Part shown: piece after piece, positions 24,051 through 36,499 of the stretch
How positions within the stretch are numbered: position 1 is the stretch's first letter
How the letters are laid out: each line of letters starts with the position of its first letter
Assembly (NCBI GenBank): GCA_030264375.1
Contig: JASCQW010000132.1
Span: forward strand, 80,014,784 to 80,078,783
Direction: 5' to 3'
From: Carcharhinus longimanus
Taxonomy: Eukaryota
Length of the DNA stretch: 64,000 nt
Made by a program: the position numbers and the translations under genes
The notes under the pieces: generated by a model
The model's database searches: none
Told to the model about the DNA's origin: nothing
The model's input: only the letters and a program-made list of their open reading frames with translations

Positions 24051-24262
24051 AACATAAGAACATAAGAAATGGGAGCAGGAGTAGGCCATCTAGCCCTTCG
24101 AGCCTGCCCCGCCATTCAATAAGATCATNNNNNNNNNNNNNNNNNNNNNNNNNNNNNNNNNNNNNNNNNNNNNNNNNNNNNNNNNNNNNNNNNNNNNNNN
24201 NNNNNNNNNNNNNNNNNNNNNNNNNNNNCACCTCCTCTCTAGTAACAGTAATGTCATTAAGA
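24051..24262 (-). mobile_element. CR1 copy mostly lost in a gap
   Basis: (AACATAAG)n tail plus GGAGCAGGAGTAGGCCATC; after the gap, LNDITVTREEV (ORF2). Confidence 0.8.
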
Positions 24263-25597
24263 CCCTCCAGTCCTACCACCTTTCCATCTCTAACACCCGG
24301 CAAATGGGTGTGACATTTCAAAAAATGAAGGCAATTATCAGTGTGGGTTTTACAGTTGGAGATTTCAGGAGAGAGATGAATGAATGGAGCAGTGTGTTGT
24401 TCTGTGCAGGAGAATGCTGGAGAAGTCAGAGAGTAGTGATTAGCTTCTGAAAGTGCAATACTAATCACCTTTCTTGACCTGGTTTTGTGGTACTGAATTC
24501 ATGTCCCCAGGACCATACACCTACTGCTAACAACTTCCAATCATACTGTGTGGTTGGCATCTTCCGCCTATCCACAGGAAACAGCATGAATCTTAGGGCC
24601 ACCACTCCCTCCAGCAACAACTACAGGGAAAAGTCAGGGAACCAAGGAGCAGTCTATCCACATTTTCCTTCTATTCTTCCACTTCCACTAGCCTTCAAAA
24701 GTAATGTTGGATGCAGTTATTTTAACCTCTGTTGGGGACTCCTTAAATAGAGAGACTTTTATTGGCAGAATGCAGGCTGTCATCACACCTACCCTTTGAG
24801 TTTGCCTGAGAAATCTGGAGGTGGAACAATAATGCCACGGCTGAGTGAACTGCCATAGCAAAACCTATTTCTAGAACAAATGGATTTGTGACCTAATGAT
24901 GTTCCCCCTGCCACCAACTCCCCTCCCCTCCCTCCCCACTCCAAAACTGCAAGTAGGTTTGTTAAGTCTGTTTCAATAATGTTCCATCCAATAGGATTAA
25001 AGCCTGATTTTAGGCCTGAAATTGGCACCAAGCACAAAATACTAGTCAGAATGTCCAAGATTAATCCTCATTAATATTAATTGGGTGAGTTGCCAACACC
25101 CACCATATCTCCATGACAAGCTTGCCAATTGGAGATAATTAACATTGGGCTGACTGCCCGTATCTTGCCATCTAGAAGGCAAGTGCTGTGTTGGTGATGT
25201 GGTAGTGGTTGGGGGGTGAGGGTGGGTGTGGGGGAATGCATGATGGTGGTGGTGGTGGTGGTGAGGGTTGTGGTTGGAGGATTAAGCAATAACAGGAGTG
25301 GGGGCTATCAGGATACTATGGACTCAGGGAAGCCGTCCTGCTCTGTCTGGATCCATAGCAATATTTTGTTTTATTTTGCTCTGAACTTATCTTTTAGTGG
25401 CTTAAAGCCTATCATTCAGAGAATCTGGAGAAGATCAGACCTGATTCCTACCCCACTGGGTGATAGCTGATTTCCCAGAACAGAACATGAATGGGCATTG
25501 GTCAATAATTTATATTTGTAAAAGGCCTCACTGTTGATTTAGGTGCTTGCCAGGGATGACTGAAATATGGCCTGATCCAATATTGGGTGATTGTAAA

Positions 25598-25842
25598 ATT
25601 TATTTATTAGTCACAAGTAAGGCTTACATTAACACTGCAATGAAGTTACTGTGAAATTCCCCTAGTCACCACAATGCATCTAACCAGCACATCTCTCAGA
25701 ATGTGGGAGGAAGCCAGAGCACCCAGATGAAACCCGCACAGACACAGGGAGAACATGCAAACTGCACACAGACAGTGACCCAAGCTGGGAATCAGACTGA
25801 GGTCCCTGCTGTTATGAAGCAGTAGTGCTAACCACAGTGCTG
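25598..25842 (-). mobile_element. tRNA-derived SINE (same subfamily as 19935)
   Basis: Shared tail and core; head GCACTGTGGTTAGCACTACTGC on the minus strand. Confidence 0.88.
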
Positions 25843-26904
25843 GATGTGGAACATTGCTGCCCAAACTAGCCTTTGTTGAACTCATTTCATACCTTTAAAC
25901 TGACTGCAAGACTATTCAACTTCTATTCCTTCTATCCCTTCACAACAGGCTCCAAGTCTCCACTTCTCTGTGATGACATCTAAATAAAAACTATTCCAAA
26001 ATAGACAGAAAAAGGATGATAATGCAAATCATAATTGATTATCACCATGTAACTTTGATTAGGGTGCCTAATGATAAGACTCATTGTTCCAGCATTGACT
26101 TTAAACATTCTAAATTACTTTACAATATCCCTGAAATAGCATTGTCAGTTTTTCAGAATTTCAGATTGGTATAATATTTATTGTAAATATAAGAGTCCTC
26201 TCTCAGTGTTATCAATTTACTAGACCCCTGCAAAGGTGAAAAAATGTGGTTAGACTGCATCTTTTGCTCTTTCTGCCAAAGTATGTAATGTGATCACAGA
26301 ATGGTGTCACTCTGCACAGTGTTACCCAGTTAAAAGATGTTTTTAGATTATGTAGTAATCCACCCCTTGCATTTTTGTCAGCAATATTGTTTCAGAAAAG
26401 CAATTGGCCATTTACAATTCAGAGAATTACCGAATCACAAAGTTGTTACATTGCAGAAGAAAGTCATTGGCACAGGTTCTCTAAATAAGTATTATGACTT
26501 GGTGCCATTCTCCAGCCTTTTTCTCATACCTCAAATAAATTCACAGAGCTTAGCCTATCAAATTATGTGAATGAATTCTTCGATATGTGTGATGAATTAC
26601 ACAGAATTACATATTGGTAAAATGTTCCTAATACGGACCAAAGTAACAGGACTAAGTGTACATCTCCAGCAACATAAAATGTTTATCAGGAAGAAACTTG
26701 GACTATTCAGGATCATTTAAGTTTTCAGGTGAATTGTAGAAATATAAAAACTCTTCTGTCACTGTTTGTGTTTGAAAGGTTAACTTCATATCTGAGAAAT
26801 CTGCCATTGCTTGAATAACATTCAAAGTATATAACATTAAGATGTCAGCAGTACATACTTGTATATCACTACATGGAGCTGCCACTTGCTGTATGGAATA
26901 AAGG

Positions 26905-27460
26905 AAAAGCACTTATATGCATATAGTGCCTTCCATAACCTCAAGATGTCCAAGGCAATGTATTGTCAATTAAATATTTTTGAAGTATAGTTACTGTTGT
27001 AATGTAAGAAATACAGTAGCAAATTTCTGCACAATGTGGGACCACAAACAACAATGTGACAATGACCAGATAATCTGTTTCAGTGATGTTTGCTTGGGGA
27101 TAACTATTGGCCAGGTCACTAGGGAGAATTTCCCTGCTCTTCTTCAAAACAATGCTTCACTTTAGCTGAAAAGGTAAAGTTGACAGATGACCATAGGCTG
27201 CTCCTCATTTTGAGGGGGAGAGCTGATTGGTGGGGATTTAATCTGAGGGTCCCCACACATTAGGTGAGGGGCAAGGTTAAGAAGCCAGCGCCTTCAAGAA
27301 CAACCTCAGCTGGTATAGGAATTGAACTCATGCTGTTAGCATTGCATCACAAGCCAACTGTCCAGCCAACTGAGTTAACCGATTCTCCTGCCTCACTTTA
27401 ATAGTTCATCCAGAAGACCTCAGGCAGTGTAACGCTCCCTTAGTATGACACTAAAACTGG
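26905..27460 (-). mobile_element. DeuSINE (SacSINE1-like) interrupted by a different tRNA SINE at about 27165-27390
   Basis: Deu-domain text TGACCAGATAATCTGTTT..TTGGCCAGG.CAC..GGGAGAA.T.CCCTGCTCTTCTTC; inserted element has a tRNA-like head (GGTTAACTCAGTTGG..GAGTTCAATTCC, minus) and TCACTTTA on both sides. Confidence 0.7.
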
Positions 27461-27661
27461 AGAATTTAACATTTCAACATAAACTTATAACCAAAGTCTT
27501 CAAGTTTTTCCAAATGATCTCTGCAATGATATCTAAAGAAACAATTCAAAAATAGACAGAAAAAGGATGTTAATGCTAACCATAACTTATTATCACCATA
27601 TAACTTTTGCTAGGACTTCTTGAGCCTTGAACCTTAATGCATAACTTCATAAGGCTGTTTT

Positions 27662-27990
27662 TCATAGAAGCATAGAATGCCTATAGTGCATAAGGAGGCC
27701 ATTCAGCCCATTGAGTCTGTACCATCTCTCTGACAAAGCATCTTACCCAGGCCCACTACTCCCCCTAACCTACACATTCTTTGGACACTAATGAGCAATT
27801 TAGCATAGCCAATGCAATTAACTTGCACATCTTTGGACTATGGAAGGAAACCAGAGCACCCAGAGAAAAACCACGCAGAGAAGGGGAGAATGTGCAAACT
27901 CCAGACGGAGTAAATCAAGGCTGGAATTGAACCCAAGTCTTTGGGAACTGTGAGACAGCAAAGCTAGCCACTGTGCGACCATACCATCCT
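27662..27990 (-). mobile_element. HE1-type SINE
   Basis: GCACATCTTTGGACT.TGG.AGGAAACC.GAGCACCC core; head and tail recognisable. Confidence 0.85.
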
Positions 27991-28789
27991 TATAGTGCTA
28001 GAAAAATTGAGGAATCACATGTGTAGCATATTATACTACTACATTTATTGGGCAGAAGCTTATTTTAAGCTGATTTAATGTGGACTTATTAGTAGTGCAC
28101 TGTTTTTGAATCATTTGAAAACACCAAACAAGAAAAGATCAACTTCTCTCTCTAGCCTGTCTCAGAAAGTTGTGATTCCATATGCATCATGCCAAGGAAA
28201 TCTTTTTTCTTGGTTTGGTACCGGCACCTCATGTGAAATAATCTCCATCTTAACAAGGAACTGGTCCAACTCTCTCTTGAAGGTAAACTGTAAACTTGCA
28301 CTCAGCAGCCATGCCAGTAACTTATTCCAACAGTCCAGTTAAATCTGGCATTCCCATCATTAATTTGACTACATACATTTTTATTGTCAATACTTGCGAA
28401 GGACACTGTGTCAATGTGTTACAACCTTGTAAAACAATTATACTTACAAAATAGAACAATTTTGCAATGAAATAATGCATTAAGCAACATATTTGTAAGA
28501 CCCAGCTTCCTGATGGGTAGGACCAAATAATGGGAAAAATGTTAAAATATCATTCAGTCTATCAATTTATTTCAATTAATTTGTCATAAAATCATTGCAA
28601 CATTTGTCTGTAAAGTACTTAGAGCAGATTCTGAGAAATTCCAAATATCTCATCAATTAAAACAAATGTTTCATAGGAGATATTGCTGTTTTTTGCTTAT
28701 CTTTAGATAAATGTAATGTACTGAAGCAATTAAGTAAAATGTGTAGAGTCAAATCATTGCTTCATATGTGGTGTACCTACACCATGTGG

Positions 28790-28898
28790 TCTGCAGCAGT
28801 TTGAGAAAGCAGCTCATCATTTTCTCAAGAGCAATTAGGGACGGGCAATAAATGTTGGCCTAGCTAGCGACACTTTTATCCCAAGAATGATTAAAAAA
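28790..28898 (+). mobile_element. LINE/SINE 3' tail fragment
   Basis: GCAGCTCA.CA...TCTCAAG.GCAATTAGGGA.GGGCAATAAATG.TGGCC followed by an A-rich end. Confidence 0.65.
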
Positions 28899-29719
28899 TC
28901 ATGTTTGTAACATAGTCAGGATAATAATGGTTCATGCTTCTCTACCCCTCCTAATTTGATCTTATTTGGTCCAATGCAAGTGTCTCCATTCACAACAACA
29001 AAAAGGTTGGAAAGCAACTTTTTAGATTAAATCCTTCTGGTAGACTCCCAGCCATGTAATTTTGTGAAAGAGGCTACTTGATAAGTACAATGACATATTA
29101 CGTTAAGAATAAGGAAATAAAATAGCATTATGATGTTAAATATTAAACTATTAAGTTTTCACCATAGTTGTGGATGGAATTTTAGTTAACTATTGATTTT
29201 CCAATTTGTACCACAAGCTTAAAACTCATTTAGGCAGGATGTGTGTTCAATATTCGTGTCAGGCATGTTTTACTGCTTTTCAGAAATGCTTGGCTATGAT
29301 TCCAATAATACATATAGTACTAATTTTCCAACAAACTTGTTAAAATATTACCTGCTTCCTTCAATAACTCACAGACATTTTGAAAATGTTTTGTTCTTTT
29401 ATTGAGCATTACTTGGGAAGCTTATATGTATTAATTGAATGGAATTTTAAATATAATATTTAAGACCAAGATCTGCATTTCACTTCAAAATGTAACCTCT
29501 GCAAACATTGGCTGTAACATCCTTCATATTGGTGAAAATGAAAAATGGTGCTAATGGCAGGATTGATTTCAATTTCGCAATGCCAACATTTCAGTGCAAA
29601 AGGTGTAATTGATTTTCAATTAATAATTAGTTATTTTTCCAAATGTTCTTTAGTCCCTATTTATTTTGCTTAAACTGTTTCAAAATTGCAGACAGTACTT
29701 TTCTCTTTTTCCCTTTTCA

Positions 29720-30930
29720 CAGAATCACAAGATAATTATGGTCATGGAAAGTAATTTAGCCCATCTTAATTCAACAATCCAGACTCTAAAGTCATAAAAT
29801 TGTAATTTCTTAAACTATTCCAATTTTTTGCTTCCAGTTCATCATATCTGTCATGAAAATTAACTTGCTTGTATCAATAGTGAATTTGTCTTCACTAATT
29901 TAAACCAATGGCCATGACATTGGCCTTCAGTGCTAGCACAAACCGGGTGATAACAATATCAACAGCCTGTTTTACAACTTGCAGTTTTCCATAAAGCCAC
30001 TGTAAAGAAAAATAGCACTGGGGGTAAATGGGCTGCTGATTCATCATCACCTGTTCTGCGCTATCGTTGAAGTCTCCTTGACCTACCTTCACAATGTAAT
30101 TTAAAGTAATTTTCCAGATTTAATTTGTCCACTCCCATAAAGATCCATACTTCACCATAGGAAAACCTCTCAAATTCCTCCTTCCCAGGCTGAAAAGGAT
30201 ATGTTCATCTTGCCTAACATGTTAATTCTGGGAATCAGTGCTGTTGCTTTTCTGTTCACTGACTCCAATTCTAGGATATCTTCATTGTGTCTTGGTAATC
30301 AGAATCGGACATGGCACTCAAGACATGGTCTGATCAGACATTGTATAATTTGATCATAGCTTACTCCAATTAGTTTTCTCCTGTTTTGGTTATTTAGTCT
30401 AACATTTTATTGACTTTGTTGATTGATCTAATTTGAAATGTTTAGCATCAACTCTACGAGGATACTTACAGCTCTTTCAATTTCAACTTTGGTTATGCAA
30501 GTGTACCATTTACGAAGTACATCTGTCGCATATTTTTTCTTCCAATGTGCAGCATTGTACAAATGTCTGTTAAATTTGATCTGTCATCATCCCACTTATC
30601 TACATGTTTTGCGCAGCTGTAATTTTTAGACTCCTTTTTCCATTTCTCCTTCTTTAGTATAATCTGTAAATTTGGCAGTCAGGGTTAGCTTTTCAAAATT
30701 AAATCATTGATGGAAACTAAAAGTAGATGTGATCCCAAGATCAATCAATGATTCCATCCTGACATAATTCTCCAATAAGTACCAAGTTTTTTCTACTCTT
30801 CAGATAGTTTCTTACCCATTCCTAAGATGCACCTCAAATTCTCACAACTTAATGCTTAACTAACAGGATTTTTGTGTTCGACCCTTGTCAAATGCTTTTG
30901 GAATTATTGGCATATTGCATCATAGCACAA
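29720..30930 (-). mobile_element. Highly eroded CR1-like fragments
   Basis: Scattered reverse-complement RT motifs (AAGCATTTGACAAGG, TGCCAAATTTACAGAT, TCAGACCATGTCTTGAGT). Confidence 0.45.
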
Positions 30931-31149
30931 ATTATTAAAAGAGCAGTTCTTCAGTTACAGTTGACATAGTATTTCTTATTACTCCATTTCCCTTGAAAAC
31001 AAAGGGATGTGGAAATATTTTGAGCTTTCCAACATTTTCTTGTGTAGAATACACAATTAAACATCTATAGTGACCTTTGTGTAGGGTACTTATTCTTTAC
31101 TTTTCATTTTTTTAAATCATTTCAAAGAATCAGTCAGAAGTACGTTGTG

Positions 31150-31335
31150 AAAATTGACAGGAAATTTTGAAAATATGCAGCAGGCCTACCAACACATCAG
31201 GAAAGAACAAAAAAATAAATTTCAGGTTGTATTTGGACTGAAATGACATTTTCTTTCACAGATGCTCGCAGACATGTTGTATACTTTCAATGTTTTTTTC
31301 GCTCTTATTTTAGATTTCCAGTATCTGTAATTTTT
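31150..31335. mobile_element. Imperfect palindromic Penelope-type/MITE relic
   Basis: CACAGATGCT..CAGAC.TG.TG..TA.TT..A...TTTT..TTATTTTAGATTTCCAG related to 58610-58810, preceded by a degenerate inverted copy. Confidence 0.45.
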
Positions 31336-32969
31336 TTTAAATCTCAACAAAATAAATATGGTCTTGTCATTTGTGACAGGATTTCAGGGATAAAATATAT
31401 AAAACATTTAGAATGGATATACATATTGATTAAATATATAAACTACATGGGACTGAAACAATTCAAATAACTTTCTCTGAATGAAGGACGTTGTTCCATA
31501 GATATTCAGGTTTTTTTGACTTGCTACAGAATATTTCTACTGTTCATTTGCTTCTATTTTTATTGAAAAATATGTTTAGTGTTTTATTTTAATTGCAATA
31601 GTGTTTGCAAACTACTGTAAAATATTATCTATATTCTTATGATTCGTAGATGCAAAACAAGCTGAAATGAGCAATGGATAGTAACGATGCAAAAACATTT
31701 TAACTATGATTTTAAAAAAACATTCTGGACCAGTCAAAAACTCCAGAACAGAAACAATGGATTAACACCGTCAAAGAAAAACTTACCGCCAAGCAATTTG
31801 ATCTGAGATGCTTACCACAGTACATCCATTAACAATTCATCCTTGGCTTTATAAGGTTAGAAATCAAGAGAACAGAATTATTGGAAAAAAGCTGTTCTAT
31901 ATATCATTGATATAATCCTAAAATACATAAAGCTACTAATAATTAACATATTAGCATTTTAAACATTTGTCTTAATTTCGTCTCTTTGCTGTTTTTCTGG
32001 ATATCGTAAATGCATTTATTTTGGTCAGATTGTTCGTCGTGCATTAATGGTGCAAGGCATAATTTCAGAACCGAATTTATGAAGTACATTTTAGTTGTCA
32101 AAAATAATAAGTACCGGATTCCGCATTAGGCATAACATCAGTGCAGTAACCCAGAAATAAAACGGTTTTAAATCTGCTCCTTGTGGATATCCCGTGAGCG
32201 TTTGATACTTGGTACCAGCTGTTTCATTTTGACATTAGCAGAATTAACGTCCTTGTCTGCAACCTCATAACATTCAAAACCAGTTTCCCCCCGGAAGCAA
32301 TGATCTGTGCGTGTGTCCCAAAACCGGTGCAGTTTCAGCTGTACAGGTGAATGCATTTCGAAGTATTGTCCGATCAGCAGTCAAACTCCCGAGTCGTCCT
32401 ACTGTGCGCAGCACACCATAGACATCGGTTTGAATTCAGTAGGAGCAAAATAAACTGACAACAGTGTAAAATGGTCGTTTTAAATAGCTTGTATGAGTAT
32501 GTGTACATACAGCAAGTTACAATAACAAATAAATCTGCCATCATTGCAATATAAAAATTGTTATACAGTAGCAAATAATAAATATCATTACAAAACCATG
32601 GGAGGGTAAGTGAGCCAGCCCGCGTGGCTCACTGTGTTGCTACAATCCTCCAGTACACCTGCATATCAAACATGCCTGGCAAGAATCTGAATTACTTCAA
32701 TATGTACCAAGAGCGTTTTTAAAAATATATAAATATCATTTTTAAAAAACTTCAGTAAGTGAATCTTGCCATAGTGCTTGTACTTATATTCAAGGAATGC
32801 GAACTTTTACAATAATATTAACTACAATCCTCTGAAACAAAAGACCTGGGGAAACGATCGAAATGCGAGTCCATACACTGTGGTGTTAAAACTGATTTTT
32901 GATGTACCCAAAAACACAATTTAAAAGCTACAAAAATATTTCCAGAACAAAGGATTTTTGTTTGTTAAA

Positions 32970-33160
32970 AAAAGTTTCTACAATTCAGGCCAAAACGTTG
33001 TGTGATTTCGAGAAGGGATTAGACATAGCTCCTGGGGCTAAAGAGATCAAGAGATTATGGGGAGAAGGCGGGATGGAGGATTGAATTTGATGATGAACCA
33101 CGATCAGAATGAATGGTGGAGCAGACTCCGAGGGCCTACTTCTGCTTCTATTTTCTATGT
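32970..33160 (+). mobile_element. CR1 3' end
   Basis: AKTLCDFEKGLDIAPGAKEIK and tail GAATGGTGGAGCAGACTC..CCTACTTCTGCTTCTATTTTCTATG. Confidence 0.8.
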
Positions 33161-36100
33161 AAACACCGACAAACGATGCAGAACTTCCACAATGTCAACT
33201 AAAGCACGCTATCACAGCACAACGGGAAGACAAGGTAGTTGTATCTGGCACACACAGGTGCTCACACATCAGTGCCACCCTGGGACGTGTGCTGTAGCGT
33301 TGTAGTAGATCCGCGAGGTGACGCTGTCCAGCCAGGGTACAGGGACCTAAGCATGACTGTGCACAAAGCTGTCAGATATACCTTAAACTGTTTTAATACA
33401 GAATGAATTTTCGCCCTCTCTCTTAAAACAAGCCATGCACAAGGTTCAAGTTATCGGTGGTGCTACAAAAGAATCGAGGAACAGAAAATATTGAACCTTC
33501 CGAAAAAAAAATCCAATGAACGGGAATGTCAGGATTTCCAACCTGAATTTACACATCCGAATAAGCATAATCTCTGGCACCTTTATTTGAATTTTAAGAA
33601 CATAACATTGAACTTGTTCATTCATCCCAAGACGTCCGTGCCCGGACTCAATGCACATGTTGCTCTAGCTTTGCGTAAGTTATTTCTCTATAAATCGCTG
33701 CGGTTCTTTGTATGTTTCTGGTGCCCTAATAAACGCTTAATAGCACGAAAGCTTTCTCTGGAGCGGTTTATAGTCTGCTGGGACTGATTGCTGAAATGAC
33801 TGAAAATGGTTTCAAACCATTTGCGTTTCAACTAAATTGGACCATTATAAATAATTAGTGCAGATCAGTTTGATGCATTTACTGAAAGGAGACGTAAATT
33901 TCCATTGTTTTGCTTCCAAGTATCCACTTTAATTTCGGGGGGTGGGGTGGGGGGGGATGTTTTTTGATGATGCTAATGTTCGGGCCGGAAGCACTGAACT
34001 GGAAATTCGGATCATGCAAGTATCTGCCGTATGCTATAGAGTAATCTATATATACATAATCATTGTTTCAACATAACCTCAAACTCAGCAAAAGTTGATT
34101 CTGTACACAGGAACGCTTTCAGTCGAATTGAGTTTTCCAACGAGTTCTATTTTAACAGCAAATACCAAACTAATATAAAGGACACTTGTTCAAGTTTAAC
34201 AGCCAGGAGGGAAAAAAAACATAATGGCGTTACTCTGGGTTCCACATATTTAGTTATTGATTTCAACATCATTAGCTTTTGACTTAGGAAATCTGGTCAT
34301 CGTTGCAGCAGAACTTTGCCACTGAAAACTTTGAACAGGAAAATGTGCGCGTTCGGAAGTTTGACCTTGATATTGATAGCTGCCCCCCTCCCCCCATCCC
34401 CTCAAAAAAAACCTGAATTGCTATCTGCGTTTTATTGTCCACCATGCACAATACGCACGAATTTCTTTACAAACTTATTGGGCTTTTGAATACAACGCCT
34501 ATTTGCATTGTATTTGCTGAAATACAATGTGCTGGGCCATTGGATTGTAATCATTTACCAAAATTGTGTGACGGCCCGTTTACTTCCCCTTCCAACACAC
34601 ACAGCCCCAATTCTGGGACTTCAAAACCAGAAGGAACGGTTGTCCCAAACGTTTAAAGAAAAACATGGCTAATTCAGAAATGCTCCCTTTATCTACCAGT
34701 TTTCAGATTTTAAAAAAGAAACTACCTAAAATAATATTCAGCGATATTAATAACATACGAGAACTCCATCACATCCCGACCCTGCTCNNNNNNNNNNNNN
34801 NNNNNNNNNNNNNNNNNNNNNNNNNNNNNNNNNNNNNNNNNNNNNNNNNNNNNNNNNNNNNNNNNNNNNNNNNNNNNNNNNNNNNNNNNNNNNNCCCCCC
34901 CCCCCCCCAACCTCGCTCAGTATAAAGCAGCTTTAGAATTTTCCTAATGATCTGTCAGTAGTCTTAACCAAAGGTGAAAGCTGTGTCAGGCGATTGTAGG
35001 AAATAGTTCGTTTGACACGTCGCTTAGGCTATGTCGTTTAAACTAATATTCCAGTAAAAAGAAATCCTGGGGTCTGAAGCTCCGCGGTCACATTAGAGCT
35101 TTAAATCTATATTACGGCTGCTGTGTAAAGTAATTTTCATCACAGGACGATTTCAAAGTGCTTGCATTAAGTGACCTCTCGAGAAGAAAGGCTGTAAATT
35201 GTCCACTAGTCGGGAGTTTACCTGTTGATGGACAACAGGTTGACCCAAAGGGGCAGCAATGATCTCGGTTTTGCCTTGATCTGTGAGCTGTGATCTGCAA
35301 CCTTTGGTCTCAAATCAGATAAGAAACCGTTTACTTTCTACTGCCTCTGTAGCCTTCTCTACATACACCTTGTATTACGATATAATGAGCTTTGAATTCG
35401 GCTGAGCGTGTGCCGTGGAAGAAAACGTAGCTTTTTTCCGCGATTTCAAATAATCCACATCAAAAATAGTCGCAAGAACATGATTTTAAAACGAGGAGGT
35501 TGCTTTAAAAAGGGCACTCCAAAAATCAACAATGAAAATGTGCCGAGCGTGCTATGGTCGGACAGAAATGAAACCCACCAGGAAACAACATATTCCAATG
35601 GGAAAGTAGGACAATAATTCTAGACACCACAAAGATTGTCAAACAGGCAAAACTATTTAGAAAGCGCCCTGACCTTTGACTGGTTCACAGTAGGACTCTG
35701 AGGTGGAAACAAAAGACAAAATTGTGAAATAGATATATTTCATTGTTATCTGAATTCTTATTGCAATGATCCCTATGCAGAAATGTAGACGAGAAAGAAT
35801 CTTACGGTTGCAGCATACTGTATTTGTGTCCTGACTCACATTGTGGCTCTGGACAGTGCAACTACACGACCAGAAAAAAATATATCAGTGACAACAGTAA
35901 TCGATATAAATTGGCTCGAGTTTATAACTTTAATATGAGATCTTTCTGCAAATTTCCTTAATTTATCGTGACATGAAATGTATGCAATTGTAACTGAGTC
36001 TCTATAGGCCAAATCCCATCGCTACTAGTTAATTGGTAATTACTAAGGCAGCAGCTTTATCTAAACGGCACAATGAGTATTGTATTGGCTGGGATAGCTC

Positions 36101-36499
36101 CTTGAGTCTTTTACAACTGGAGTTAACGATATTCAAATAACTTCCCTGGACCGTTTCAGTCAAAACCCAGGCCTTTGAAATGCTCCGCACATATACATAG
36201 GGGGCTTTTAAAATTAACAGAACCCCTTTGATATCAATGGTTGACGGTTGAAATGCAGTCTAGTTACTTGAGATAGCTCTTAGGATGTTTAACATACAAG
36301 TACCTTCTGTTAACGCACACAATGCCTAGAGCAAATGAAAAGGAGATGACTGTTTATAAAGTAAGTCAAACCTTCACCCCCTCCCCCTCCCCAAAAAATG
36401 GAATGTCAATAAGTATTCTCCCTCTCTCTCACTCCTGCCATTTAACTCGGAAAGGAGACAATATTCGGAGCTTTTTTCTTCAACTAAATCACAACATGT

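Noticed and set aside
25190-25285. (GGT)n / G-rich tract giving poly-Thr and poly-Val ORFs
   Set aside because: Simple low-complexity repeat, not coding.
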